IMG/VR virus record: IMGVR_UViG_3300042876_000282
Coordinates: 1-64,000 of that record
Reading direction: 5' to 3' (one strand)
Length of the DNA stretch: 64,000 bases
Source: a virus
Shown one piece after another: positions 1-10,137 of this stretch. The notes below the pieces were generated by a model. That model saw nothing but the letters and a program-made list of their open reading frames with translations. It made no database searches and had not been told where the DNA came from. Within the stretch, counting starts at the first letter, position 1. Each line of letters begins with the position of its first letter. A program made the translations under genes and the position numbers.

Positions 1-978
1 GCAGCGAACTCGCCCTTCACGCAGATCGTGATCCGCTACTTCTCGCAGGCTTTCACGCGCGATGTCGATTCGGCGACCGATCGAAACTTCGGGATCGTCG
101 TCGACGTCGGCACTCACTCGGGCGTCGACGGGTCGGTGTCGTCGGGTGGTGCGACGCTCACGAGTGCCGCGGGCGGGATCACGGGCTCGAACTACACGGG
201 CGGCACGCTCGTCGTTCACGAGGGCGCGGCGGCCGGCACGTACACGATCAGCGGCACGCCGACGGCGACCGTCGTCACCATCACCGGCACCTTCCCGGCG
301 ACGGCGTCGAACGTCTCGTTCACGTTGCAGCGCGCGACCCCGATCGTCGCGACTGCCGAAGAGATCTACACGAAGATCCAGTACCAGCTGCGACAGAACT
401 CCGACATCGACGCGACCGGCGGAACCGTGACCGGCAAGGTCGCGGACGAACTCTTGGAGTTCGTCGGAGACACGCTCGTATGCGGCGCGAGCATCCCGAC
501 GAATCCCAACGGCGGCGGCTCCGGCGTCATCATCGAGGGCTTCTCGGCGAACGACACGAACCGTCTCACGTTCTACGACAACAGCGGGATCGCGCGCACG
601 TATCCGTTCGTCGCGACGCTCACGTTGAACATCGGCACCGTGCTTCAAGGCGACACCGCCGCGAAGTTTTGGGTCTACTACACGACCCTGCCGGGCGCAT
701 CGAACGACTTCGGCGAGAGCGGTGCGACGCTCGTCGACGACAACGACGGGATCGACATGACCGGGAACATCGCGGGACAGCCTTCGATCTCGCTCACCTA
801 CGACTACGACAACAATTCGCAGGGCGGACGCACGCCGGGCACCGATGCCGACGTTACCGTCGTCGCTATCGGCTTGACGTCGGGGCAGTACGTGCGCGCT
901 ACCGGGACCATCCAGCGCTCGACGAGTAACACGGTGTCGCTCGTCGCCGCGCTCGAACGTAACTACGCCAACCCCTGA
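1..978 (+). CDS. Virion structural protein, 5'-truncated by the window edge
   Basis: Frame open from base 1; G/T/S-rich, beta-strand-like composition; lies upstream of the neck/tail genes. Confidence 0.6.
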   Translation, partial: AANSPFTQIVIRYFSQAFTRDVDSATDRNFGIVVDVGTHSGVDGSVSSGGATLTSAAGGITGSNYTGGTLVVHEGAAAGTYTISGTPTATVVTITGTFPATASNVSFTLQRATPIVATAEEIYTKIQYQLRQNSDIDATGGTVTGKVADELLEFVGDTLVCGASIPTNPNGGGSGVIIEGFSANDTNRLTFYDNSGIARTYPFVATLTLNIGTVLQGDTAAKFWVYYTTLPGASNDFGESGATLVDDNDGIDMTGNIAGQPSISLTYDYDNNSQGGRTPGTDADVTVVAIGLTSGQYVRATGTIQRSTSNTVSLVAALERNYANP

Positions 979-992
979 TCTGAGGTCGAGAC

Positions 993-1511
993 ATGCCGAC
1001 GAACTTCTCTCTCGCGACAAATCTCACACGGAGCGCAATCGACGCCAACTCGGGTGCCGGAGTCAACGCGAACGGTCGCTATCTCTTGTGGGCTTCCGCC
1101 CAACAGAACAATTCGAACGACCTCACCTCGATCCGCGCACACGTCCAGATGTCGGCGATTGTTCCCGACTTCGGCGACGCGCCGCGGAACTACGAGGTCG
1201 AGACTGCGATCGAAGGGAAGTACGACAACGCGTGGGTCCGAATCGCACGGTCGTTCGTGCCGTTCCGCGACACGCGTCGTGCACGCGAGCACGTCATCGT
1301 CATGCAGCCGAACCTCGTCGTCGTCGACGTCGGAGTTCCGGACATCGACGCGGACCTCGACGGGAACGAGTTCAGCGCGAAGTCGTCGCAGGCGGGGAAG
1401 ATGCCGCGCGACTGGCGCGTCGCGATGTACCTCGTCGAGCGCGGCTACGGTACGCCGGGCGCGTTCCAGTCGATCACGTTCTCCGTCGTCGGCGAGATTT
1501 ACAATGTCTGA
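993..1511 (+). CDS. Hypothetical virion-associated protein
   Basis: GAGG RBS, natural composition, tight operon packing. Confidence 0.65.
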   Translation: MPTNFSLATNLTRSAIDANSGAGVNANGRYLLWASAQQNNSNDLTSIRAHVQMSAIVPDFGDAPRNYEVETAIEGKYDNAWVRIARSFVPFRDTRRAREHVIVMQPNLVVVDVGVPDIDADLDGNEFSAKSSQAGKMPRDWRVAMYLVERGYGTPGAFQSITFSVVGEIYNV

Positions 1512-1719
1512 GATCGTCACGCCGAAGCTCGCGGGGTTCTGCCCGTACTGCAACGGAAGCGAACTCGTCGACCATCGTTCGATGGGCGTGCGTGGCACCG
1601 TGCAGCGGTGTGAGCGCTCGTCGTGTGAGCGCTACTCGCTCCGCAAGGCCGGCAAGCAGTATCCGCTCGCGAAGCCGTCCGATCCCGAGTCGACGCCGTC
1701 GACGACCGCGAAGGTCTGA
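1504..1719 (+). CDS. Small zinc-ribbon protein
   Basis: MSEIVTPKLAGFCPYCNG...CERSSC; overlaps the upstream stop. Confidence 0.55.
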   Translation: MSEIVTPKLAGFCPYCNGSELVDHRSMGVRGTVQRCERSSCERYSLRKAGKQYPLAKPSDPESTPSTTAKV

Positions 1720-1722
1720 TCC

Positions 1723-3312
1723 GTGGTCGCCGTCGCCGTCGCCGAAGATTCGCTCCGGGCCGATGCGATGGACGCGTTGACGAACGTGTCCGGCATCGGT
1801 GGCGGTCCGGGCGCGGTCACGGAGCCCGACATCTACTACCAAGGCGTCGGTGCGATCTCGCGCAAGGTGACGGCGGCAGGCTTCTACACGACGACGGGAG
1901 CGAATCGAAACCTCACGGCGACGGGTCGGAAGACGTGGATGGTCAAGGTCGCGGTCACGAACTACGCCGCCTTGAACGCGACGGGTCTCGACGTGCGCGT
2001 CGGTTCGGGAACGGGTGCGTACTACGCATATCGAGTCGCATCGTCGGCAGCGGCAGAACTCTATCCGCCGCGCGGCGGGTTCCTGATCATCCCGATCGAT
2101 CCGAACGTCGCAGCGCATCGAACGAGCACGACCGGATCGCCGAACCTCGCGGCGTGTTCTTACTTCGGATGCGTCGGCAATCTCTCGGCGGCGTCGAAGG
2201 CTGAGAACCTCGTGCTCGACGCGGTCGACATCGGCGTAGGGCTCTACCTCACCGGGGGCACGAGCACGGATCCCGATGGCGCGTTCCCCGACTTCACGAC
2301 CGACGACGAAGGGACCGTAGCCGCTGGGCGATTCGGGTACGTGACGACGCAGAACGGGATCTTGTTCGTCCGCGGTCGGCTGATCATCGGTGCGACATCG
2401 GCGAGCGGTACGCTCACGGCTACCGCTACCGTCTTCACCGATTCGAATCGCGTGCTCGTGTTCCCGGATCACCTCGCGGACGTGGGCTTCTCGGGAATCA
2501 CGGTCGACCTCGGCAACGCATCGAACGTCGTGACGTGGACCGGGATTCAGTTCCTCGGAGCGGGGCGAACGTCGCCGGACACGCGGCCGGTGCTCGAAGT
2601 GTTCGGAACGACCGCGACGTCGCAAAGCGTGTGGACGCGATGCACGTTCGCCGGGTTCCGTTCGATGCTCTTGACGTCGAAGGTGACGCTGCAGGATTGC
2701 GTCGTCCGTTCGACCGAGACGATCACGCACGCCGGAGCAACGATCGACGGGTGCTCGTTCTCTTCGCATCCGACCGCGGCGGGGTCTTCGATGATCACGA
2801 CCGCGAACCCGAGCACGATCACCGATTGCACCTTCGACAATACGGGAGGAACCGGCCACGCAATCGTGATCACGGCCGCTGGCACGTACACGTTCGACGG
2901 CAACCTCTTCGCCGGCTACGGCGCAGACGGGACGACGAGCGCGGCGATCTACAATAACAGCGGCGGGTTGGTCACGTTGAATATCACCGGCGGCGGTTCG
3001 ACGCCGACGGTTCGCAACGGCGCAGGCGCGAGCACGACGATCAACTCGAACGTCTCGGTCACGCTCACGGGCTTGAAGAACCCGAGTGAGGTCCGCGTGT
3101 TCAACGCTGGTACGACGACCGAGCGAAGCGGCACCGGCGCGGAGAACGTCACAAGTGGATCGCATACGTTCTCGCTTCCGAGCGGAACGAGCGTCGATAT
3201 CGTGATTCTCTCGCTCGCGTATCAGAACCTTCGACTTCTCTCGTTCTCGACAACTGCCGACACGACGGTTCCGGTTCAGCAGCAGCTAGATCGGCAGTAC
3301 CTCAACCCATGA
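1723..3312 (+). CDS. Virion protein with probable parallel beta-helix (pectin-lyase-like) region
   Basis: Repeated 'ITDCTFDN', 'IDGCSFS', 'WTRCTFAG' coils; C-terminal QQQLDRQYLNP resembles the ERNYANP end of ORF 1-978. Confidence 0.6.
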   Translation: MVAVAVAEDSLRADAMDALTNVSGIGGGPGAVTEPDIYYQGVGAISRKVTAAGFYTTTGANRNLTATGRKTWMVKVAVTNYAALNATGLDVRVGSGTGAYYAYRVASSAAAELYPPRGGFLIIPIDPNVAAHRTSTTGSPNLAACSYFGCVGNLSAASKAENLVLDAVDIGVGLYLTGGTSTDPDGAFPDFTTDDEGTVAAGRFGYVTTQNGILFVRGRLIIGATSASGTLTATATVFTDSNRVLVFPDHLADVGFSGITVDLGNASNVVTWTGIQFLGAGRTSPDTRPVLEVFGTTATSQSVWTRCTFAGFRSMLLTSKVTLQDCVVRSTETITHAGATIDGCSFSSHPTAAGSSMITTANPSTITDCTFDNTGGTGHAIVITAAGTYTFDGNLFAGYGADGTTSAAIYNNSGGLVTLNITGGGSTPTVRNGAGASTTINSNVSVTLTGLKNPSEVRVFNAGTTTERSGTGAENVTSGSHTFSLPSGTSVDIVILSLAYQNLRLLSFSTTADTTVPVQQQLDRQYLNP

Positions 3313-3971
3313 TCTTCGACGGCTCCAACCATCGGATCATCCTCGAAGCAAGCGACGGCGACACCGTCGAGGCGATCGACGGGATCTATTCGCGCTGGAC
3401 GGATTGGGTCGTCGGCGACGATGGCTCGAAGTACGTCGAGGCGTTCGTCGAGTCGTTCGGTAGCAACGCGATCGGCGGCGGTAAGAAGGCGGGTGCCTAC
3501 GTGTTCCTGAACACCGCCGGCGGGTGGCGGATTCGTCCACGCGAAGCGGCGCACGAGCTAACGATCGTCGGTAACGTCTACCCCGACGTCGAAGGTGTTT
3601 CGATGTTCGCGCCGACGCTCGGTGTCTTCCAGATCCAGATCAACCTCGAACGGTCGAGCCTCACGCAGATCGCCGGCGGTAGCATCGTCACGCAGGTTCA
3701 AGCGGGCATGACGGCGCAGGGCTACACCTCCGCTCGTGCGACACTTCTCGACGAACTCGACGCGAGCGATCCCGACTCGATCGCGGCGGCGGTGCAACTG
3801 ATCCGACGCATCACGGACAACCGGCTCGAAGTCGACATCGATGCGCAAGCGCTCAAGCTCTACGACGACGCCGGGCTTGCGGTCATCCGTTCGTGGCCGC
3901 TCGCGACGAAGGACGGCGAACTCGTGCGCACGGCGGTAGGTGTGCAGACGAAACGCGGGGCGCCTACGTGA
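3309..3971 (+). CDS. Hypothetical structural protein
   Basis: ATGA overlap with the upstream gene; natural composition. Confidence 0.65.
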   Translation: MIFDGSNHRIILEASDGDTVEAIDGIYSRWTDWVVGDDGSKYVEAFVESFGSNAIGGGKKAGAYVFLNTAGGWRIRPREAAHELTIVGNVYPDVEGVSMFAPTLGVFQIQINLERSSLTQIAGGSIVTQVQAGMTAQGYTSARATLLDELDASDPDSIAAAVQLIRRITDNRLEVDIDAQALKLYDDAGLAVIRSWPLATKDGELVRTAVGVQTKRGAPT

Positions 3972-4396
3972 TCACGCATGGGCTCGGATTGCGCTCCGAC
4001 TTGGTAGCGCGCGGGCTGAATCCCGGCGTTGCGTTCGCGTTCGATTCGGTAGGCGCCGGTCGCGTTCGCGCGTACCTATCGATCGGCGGCGTCACGACGT
4101 CGGAGCTTGTCGCGTCGAACGAGATCGCGGCATGGCTCGCGCGTGGCGGCTTCGCGGTCTCGACGCTCGTGCTCGATCCGACGACTGGCATCGTGCGAAG
4201 CGGCGGTGTCGTGGTCGGCGTGCTCTCGGGTCGACCGGCGTTCGATGCGTTCCTCGCGGCCGGCGGTGCTTCGCGCTCGGTCGACGCGGTCGGCGGAGTC
4301 GATTCGACGACCGAGAGAGTCGGCGGAAGTGCGATCGGCATTGAACGGATCGGCGGCGTCGTCGATCCGCGCTATGCTCGCGGCGGTAAGTCGTAG
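3968..4396 (+). CDS. Hypothetical Gly-rich protein with internal 'GG' repeats
   Basis: GTGA overlap start; MITHGLG... Confidence 0.5.
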   Translation: MITHGLGLRSDLVARGLNPGVAFAFDSVGAGRVRAYLSIGGVTTSELVASNEIAAWLARGGFAVSTLVLDPTTGIVRSGGVVVGVLSGRPAFDAFLAAGGASRSVDAVGGVDSTTERVGGSAIGIERIGGVVDPRYARGGKS

Positions 4397-4410
4397 GGTA
4401 GGAGGTCGCG

Positions 4411-4761
4411 GTGGCTCTAGATCCGATCGTTCGCGGGTGCGACTGGCAAGCGACGCTGATCGTCGAACCGACGGCGGGAAGAACTCCCGCCGATGTCTCT
4501 TCGGAACTCGTCGGGGGTTCGGTCGCGGTGCGTCTTCACTCGTCGAGCGAAGAGCTTCTACTCACGGGCACGGCGTCGATCACGTCGACCACCAATCGGA
4601 CGGTGGGCGTGTCGTTCACGGCGGTTCAGACGGGCGGGATCGTCGCGCAACTCGGATGCGTGCTCGACGTGCGGCTGACGACGAGCGGCGGATTGGTTCG
4701 TCCGATCCAAGTGCGTGAGCGGATCGACGTTCGAGACCTCACGGTAGGGGCGCGGACGTGA
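4411..4761 (+). CDS. Hypothetical protein (small beta-sandwich-like)
   Basis: GGAGG RBS; operon packing. Confidence 0.6.
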   Translation: MALDPIVRGCDWQATLIVEPTAGRTPADVSSELVGGSVAVRLHSSSEELLLTGTASITSTTNRTVGVSFTAVQTGGIVAQLGCVLDVRLTTSGGLVRPIQVRERIDVRDLTVGART

Positions 4762-5288
4762 GCTATCGAGGTCGGCTGATTCGTCCGGTGCTCGTGCGCA
4801 TCGCGCGGTACGACACCGGCTCGACCTTGGTCGTCGATCCCGATGGTGACGGGGCGATCGTCGACGGGTACGATCCCGATTTCCGCGAACCGCGAAGGGT
4901 CGACGATGGAACGCAAGCGGGGCGATCGGCTCGTGTAGAACTCGAACCGATCGATCTCCCCGCGCAGGTCGAAGACGATCAATGGGAGACGCTTCGCATG
5001 GTCGCGAGCGGCGACGATCCGATCACCGGGCTCTCGCTCGTCTTCCACTTCGCGGACCTCGAACGACTCGGGTACGTCGACGCGACGACTGGAGACGCGC
5101 TCGTGCCGCGGAAGTCGGATCGACTCGTCGCGATCATCGATCCGGCGTCGCGTGAGGTCATGCAGGCGATGCCGGGCGATGGGTTGTTCTGCACCATGGC
5201 GCAACCTCGCTCGTACGGTCTCGCGGGAAGGCAGCGGAACCTCTTGCTCGCTCGCTTCCAGGAACGATCGAAGTCGCCGGAGGGCTGA
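4758..5288 (+). CDS. Putative head closure/neck protein
   Basis: Position before the neck and terminator genes; GYDPDFREP motif; function inferred from synteny. Confidence 0.5.
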   Translation: MSYRGRLIRPVLVRIARYDTGSTLVVDPDGDGAIVDGYDPDFREPRRVDDGTQAGRSARVELEPIDLPAQVEDDQWETLRMVASGDDPITGLSLVFHFADLERLGYVDATTGDALVPRKSDRLVAIIDPASREVMQAMPGDGLFCTMAQPRSYGLAGRQRNLLLARFQERSKSPEG

Positions 5289-5291
5289 ACG

Positions 5292-5948
5292 GTGCCGATT
5301 CTTCGCGTAGGACAATGGCCCGTAGCGCGGCGCATCCTCGCGACCGCACCGGGTCGAGTTCGACGCGCGCTCGATCTCGCGACGCAACAGGAAGCGCACT
5401 ACATGCGGCGCCTGATCGTCGAAGGGATCCGAGAGCAGGCGCCCGGTGGGAAAGCGTTCCGACCCTTGGCGCCGGGCACGTTGAAGATGCGAGAGCTTCG
5501 GCGCTTCCGAGGGACGAAGGCGTTGATCGTTCGTGGCGATCTCCGCAACTCGATCACGGTGCGCCGCGTGAGCGCGGGAGCTTCGTTCGTCGGCGTGCTG
5601 AAAAGCGCTCGCGCGAAGGATGGTCGATCGCTCGCGAACGTGGCCGAGGTTCACGAGTTCGGGTCGAACCCGATCGTGATCCGAATCACGCCGAAGATGC
5701 GCGCGTTGCTCCACTTGATGAACCGCGAACGCGGTCGCGACTCGCGCGGTCGGTTCACGCGAACGCGGAGCCAATACGGGCAAGCGTCAAAGGGGTTCGT
5801 CATCATTCGGATCCCGGCGCGGCCGTTCATTCGTCCAGTGGCCGAGAAGCATTTCAAGCCCGCAGACGTGCGGCAGCGCTTCCTCGCACGCGTCGGGCTG
5901 AACATGGGCGGGGACTTCGGGCAACTCGGCATCCCGATTCCGCGGTGA
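5292..5948 (+). CDS. Phage virion morphogenesis (neck) protein
   Basis: LAPGTLK, GDLRNSI, AEVHEFG and IPARPF motifs typical of the family. Confidence 0.8.
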   Translation: MPILRVGQWPVARRILATAPGRVRRALDLATQQEAHYMRRLIVEGIREQAPGGKAFRPLAPGTLKMRELRRFRGTKALIVRGDLRNSITVRRVSAGASFVGVLKSARAKDGRSLANVAEVHEFGSNPIVIRITPKMRALLHLMNRERGRDSRGRFTRTRSQYGQASKGFVIIRIPARPFIRPVAEKHFKPADVRQRFLARVGLNMGGDFGQLGIPIPR

Positions 5949-5960
5949 TAGGATCCACGC

Positions 5961-6908
5961 ATGACGCCGATCGTTAGCAGCATCGCCCCGACCATCGGAT
6001 CGACCGGCGGATTCGCCGTGGTCGAGATCGTCGGGTCGAACTTCCGGCAGCCGACGACGGCGGCACCTTCGGGATCTGGAATCACACCGCCGCCGGCACC
6101 TTCGGTGATCGTGAACTTCGGCGTCGTGCCGGCGCGGCTCGTGCGCGTGGCATCGTCGACGCGACTCGTCGTGACGTTGCCCGAGCACGACGAAGGAACG
6201 GTCGACGTCGAGGTCTTGAACGTCGACGACTTCGGCGCGGTGCTCGGGCGCGCAGTCGTCGCCGGCGGATTCGAGTTCCGACGACCGAAGTTCACGGGCG
6301 AGTCGAGGCTGACGACGATCGTTCGCGCGCTGATTCGCTCGCTCAAGCGGTGGATCATGCCGAACGTGGTCTACACGCAGCACGTCGACTTCGACGACGA
6401 TCCGATCGATGCGCTCCGCAAGGTCGCGGAGACCGAACTCCCGATCCTCTTCCTCACCGGACCCACACTTCGCGAGAACCCGTTTCATCGTGAGCAGGTC
6501 GACCCGACCGCGCCGCCGGTGACGTCGGACGTCGACGAAGGCTCGGTCGCGGAGTACCGCATCCCGAAGACGTTCGATCTCGTCTTCGGGGTGACGGTCG
6601 CGATGGACGCGGCGATCCCCACGCTCGAACTACTGAACGCTGCGATCGTGTCCATGAATCGAGCGCAGCGCCTTACCGTCGACCACGGCTCGCCGACGGG
6701 GGTCGTGTCGTACGAACTCGCGATCGAGGGCAACCCCGAAGTGCAGTCGCGCGCGACGCGGTCGAGCGTGTACTCCGCGAGCATGACGATCGCGGTGATC
6801 GGCGTCGACATCGTCGATCTTCCCGGATTCGTCGGCGACATGACGACCACCCTTCGCCCCCTCGTGACGAGCGACCCCTCGCTCTCGTCGGAGGTCGTCT
6901 CGACGTGA
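5961..6908 (+). CDS. IPT/TIG-domain protein, probable tail terminator
   Basis: N-terminal PIVSSIAPTIGSTGG..VEIVGSNF IPT/TIG signature; directly before the sheath gene. Confidence 0.65.
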   Translation: MTPIVSSIAPTIGSTGGFAVVEIVGSNFRQPTTAAPSGSGITPPPAPSVIVNFGVVPARLVRVASSTRLVVTLPEHDEGTVDVEVLNVDDFGAVLGRAVVAGGFEFRRPKFTGESRLTTIVRALIRSLKRWIMPNVVYTQHVDFDDDPIDALRKVAETELPILFLTGPTLRENPFHREQVDPTAPPVTSDVDEGSVAEYRIPKTFDLVFGVTVAMDAAIPTLELLNAAIVSMNRAQRLTVDHGSPTGVVSYELAIEGNPEVQSRATRSSVYSASMTIAVIGVDIVDLPGFVGDMTTTLRPLVTSDPSLSSEVVST

Positions 6909-6948
6909 TCGGCGAGACGGTGCTACCATCGCCCGCATCGGAGGAAAC

Positions 6949-7308
6949 TTGTCGACCAAGCTCGTGAACACGTCCCGAACCGCGCTGACGTTCAACCTGA
7001 CGCGGGAGGTCTCACCGATTCGTCGGGTCTACGCGCGCACGCGTGTCGAGAAGACGGGCGAGGTGCACCTCGAAGATCGTCGACTCGTGATCCCCGATTC
7101 GGTGACGTTGCTTCACGGCGAGTCGCGCGGAGGATTCCACCCTTCGGTGGTGAGGTGTCCCGAGGTCGCGGCGCTGATCGCGGCGAGGAAGCTCCGCGCG
7201 GAGGACGAGATCACGTCGACGGATTCGCCGGCGACGCAGACGACGAACGAAGACGCGGCTTCGCGTCGCAAGGATGCGCCCGGTAAGGGCGATCGGAGGC
7301 AGGCATGA
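6949..7308 (+). CDS. Hypothetical protein
   Basis: GGAGG RBS before a TTG start. Confidence 0.55.
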   Translation: MSTKLVNTSRTALTFNLTREVSPIRRVYARTRVEKTGEVHLEDRRLVIPDSVTLLHGESRGGFHPSVVRCPEVAALIAARKLRAEDEITSTDSPATQTTNEDAASRRKDAPGKGDRRQA

Positions 7309-9539
7309 CGCAGGCAGCGGGCAGCGGCGCGAGTCGCGTGATCATCGAAGAGGAAGAGCCCCGGATCCGAGCGATTCCCGGCGTCCCGACCGCGATCTTC
7401 GGAGCGGTCGGTGTCGCGGAACGCGGACCGATCGGAGTCGCAACTGCGCTCACCTCGTTCGAGGACTTCGATCGGATCTTCGGGCGCGACACCGCGAACG
7501 CAGATCTGCCGCACATCGCGCGCGGGTTCTTCGAGGAGGGCGGGCAACTCATGTACGCGGTGCGAACCGTGCACTACACGAACCCCGCGAGCGCTGCGAC
7601 GAAGACGAGCGCGGCCGCAACGCTGGACGTGAACACCGGCGCGACTGCCCCGACCGCGGGAACCGTGCTCGGGGCGAACGTCGGCCCGTTCGACCTCGAA
7701 CCGGGCGACACGCTCGTCGTCGACATCGACGCCGGTGGTCCGGCGACCGCGACGTTCAGCGCGACCGCGGCGTCGCGCGATTCCGGGTCGGGTCCGTTCG
7801 CGCTCTCGAACGGGCAGACGTTGACGGTCTCCGTCAACGGCGGCGCGGTGCAGACGATCGCGTTCCTCACGTCGGAGTTCGTCGCCATCGGTGCGGCGAC
7901 TCGTGCGGAGGTCGCGGCGGTGATCAACGCGAAGATCGCGGGCGCGAGCGCGAGCGACACGGGCTCGGCCGTTCGGCTCACGAGCGACCGTCGCGGTACG
8001 GGCTCGGGGATCAACGTCACGGGCGGGACCGCGAACGGCGCGCTCGGCTTCACGACCGGGAACACGGCTGGCGGCGGCAACGTCTCGAACGTCGACGCGG
8101 TGACGGTGGCCGAGGTCAAGACCATCGTCGAGGCGGCGGTCGCGGGGTGCACGGTCTCGGACGTCGGCGGCGCGGTGCGCGTGACGTCGAACACGACCGG
8201 CGTTTCGTCGTCGGTTCTCGTGCAGGCGTCGAGCACGGCGGACGACGAACTCGGGCTGGACAACGCCACGCACACCGGCTCGACCGGCGCGGCGGTCGCG
8301 ACGCTTCGCTTCGATGGGCGCTATGATGGCGCCTACGCGAACCGGCTCACGTTCCGAGTGTCGGATGCGTCGAGCGGCGTCGCGTCGGAGTTCGATCTCC
8401 AAGTGCTCGACGACGGGCGCGTGGTGCAGACGTTCCCGAATCTCACCATGGACGAGACCGCGGATCGGTACGTCGAGACGGTGGTCAACGATTCGGTGAT
8501 CGGATCGCCGATCGTCATCGCGACCGACCTCGCGATCTCGGGTTCGGCGACCGATCGTCGGCCGGCGAACCAGACGACCGGCGTCATGGCGGGTGGCAAC
8601 GACGGGCTCTCGGGCATCGTCGACGCCGACTACATCGGATCGAGCGTGTCGAAGACCGGGCTCTACGCGCTCGACGCGGTCTCGGATCTCCGCATCCTCT
8701 CGACCTCGGGGCGTGCGACCGCCGCGGTGCACAATGCCGGGATCACCTACTGCGAGGTCTGGCGCAACGGCTCGGTCTTCTACGTGCTCGATTGCCCCTC
8801 GGGTCTCTCCGCGGTGCAGATCGTCGACTACGTCGAGACGACCGCGGGTCTTCTCGAATCGAGCGAGTTCGGTGCGATCTACTGGCCGCGCGTGAAGGTG
8901 CTGAACCCGAACCGCGGCGTCTTCGGGAACGACGAGCAGATCGTGGTTCCTCACTCGGGGATCGTCGCGGGCGTCTACGCGCGGACCGATGCGTCGCAGC
9001 AGGGCGGGGTCTATCAGCCTCCGGCCGGCGTCGAGCGCGGGATCCTTCGCTCGGTGCTCGGCTTCGAGACCGACGAGACGCTGGACGAGCGCAAGCGCGA
9101 CCTCGTCTACCCCAAGCGGATCAACCCGCTCACCACGGATCGCGGACTGCCGCGGTACATCGACGGGACGCGCACGCTCAAGAGCGGCGGGAACTTCCCG
9201 ACGGTGGCGGAGCGGCGCGGCGTGATCTTCATCGAGCAGTCGATCAAGGTCGGGCTGCAGTTCGCGCGTCACTCGAACAATACGCCGGCGCTCCGCCGGC
9301 GTGCGGAGCGCTCGGTCGAGAAGTTCCTCGGCGACCAGATGCGCGTCGGCGCGTTCCGTTCCGACGATCCGGCGACCGCGTTCTTCGTCGACTTCGGCGA
9401 CGGGCTGAACACGGACCCCGTGGTCTTCGCGGGGCAGATGATCGGCCGCATCGGTCTCGCCACGAACAAGCCGAACGACTGGGTGGTCCTTCGGTTCTCG
9501 CAGGACACGCGCGCGCTCGAAGCCGCGCTCAACGGATGA
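7305..9539 (+). CDS. Contractile tail sheath protein
   Basis: VGVAERGPIG, AIYWPRV, PHSGIVAGVYARTD, PPAG and RINPL motifs. Confidence 0.95.
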   Translation: MTQAAGSGASRVIIEEEEPRIRAIPGVPTAIFGAVGVAERGPIGVATALTSFEDFDRIFGRDTANADLPHIARGFFEEGGQLMYAVRTVHYTNPASAATKTSAAATLDVNTGATAPTAGTVLGANVGPFDLEPGDTLVVDIDAGGPATATFSATAASRDSGSGPFALSNGQTLTVSVNGGAVQTIAFLTSEFVAIGAATRAEVAAVINAKIAGASASDTGSAVRLTSDRRGTGSGINVTGGTANGALGFTTGNTAGGGNVSNVDAVTVAEVKTIVEAAVAGCTVSDVGGAVRVTSNTTGVSSSVLVQASSTADDELGLDNATHTGSTGAAVATLRFDGRYDGAYANRLTFRVSDASSGVASEFDLQVLDDGRVVQTFPNLTMDETADRYVETVVNDSVIGSPIVIATDLAISGSATDRRPANQTTGVMAGGNDGLSGIVDADYIGSSVSKTGLYALDAVSDLRILSTSGRATAAVHNAGITYCEVWRNGSVFYVLDCPSGLSAVQIVDYVETTAGLLESSEFGAIYWPRVKVLNPNRGVFGNDEQIVVPHSGIVAGVYARTDASQQGGVYQPPAGVERGILRSVLGFETDETLDERKRDLVYPKRINPLTTDRGLPRYIDGTRTLKSGGNFPTVAERRGVIFIEQSIKVGLQFARHSNNTPALRRRAERSVEKFLGDQMRVGAFRSDDPATAFFVDFGDGLNTDPVVFAGQMIGRIGLATNKPNDWVVLRFSQDTRALEAALNG

Positions 9540-9553
9540 TCGGAGCGTAAGAC

Positions 9554-10030
9554 ATGGCAACCGTAGGCAAGCCGCGCGCGTACCACAACAAGTTCCTCTT
9601 CCGCGTCGAGATCGACGGCGTCACGTACGCCGGCTTCTCGAAGTGCTCCGAACTCTCGAAGGAACTCGCCAAGATCGAGCACTACGAGGGCGGGAGCATG
9701 ATCCCCGACAAGTCGCCGGGACGTGCGACGATCTCGGACGTCACCCTCGAACGGGGAGCGACCGACGATCTCGAACTCTACGCGTGGTTCGAGGAGACCG
9801 CGAAGATCTCGGCCGGCGTCGGTGGTTCCGGTGCCGCGGATCCGGGCTACAAGCGCAACCTCGACATCGTGCAACTCGATCGCGACGGGACGGTCTTGCA
9901 GCGGTGGGCGTGCGTCGGCGCGTGGCCGCAGAAGTTCGTCGCGGGCGATTGGGATTCGTCCAGCGACGAGAAGCTGATCACCTCGGTCACGCTCGTGATC
10001 GACGACTTCGAGCCGAAGATCCGCAAGTGA
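9554..10030 (+). CDS. Tail tube protein (T4 gp19/Afp1-like)
   Basis: FRVEIDG...FSKCSEL...YEGG...PGR...VTLERG...AWP motifs. Confidence 0.92.
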   Translation: MATVGKPRAYHNKFLFRVEIDGVTYAGFSKCSELSKELAKIEHYEGGSMIPDKSPGRATISDVTLERGATDDLELYAWFEETAKISAGVGGSGAADPGYKRNLDIVQLDRDGTVLQRWACVGAWPQKFVAGDWDSSSDEKLITSVTLVIDDFEPKIRK

Positions 10031-10061
10031 TCGGCGCGCGTTCGCGCGCGTGGTAAGTTCT

Positions 10062-10121
10062 CGGGGTGTCGTAGTAGTCGGGTGCTCTTGCTCGGCTACT
10101 ACGACACCCCGGATTCGTTTC
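10062..10121 (+). other. Long stem-loop downstream of the tube gene
   Basis: GGGGTGTCGTAGTAG/CTACTACGACACCCC perfect 15 bp, extendable to about 20 bp with G-U pairs. Confidence 0.8.
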
Positions 10122-10137
10122 GCAGGTAGGGGAAGAC

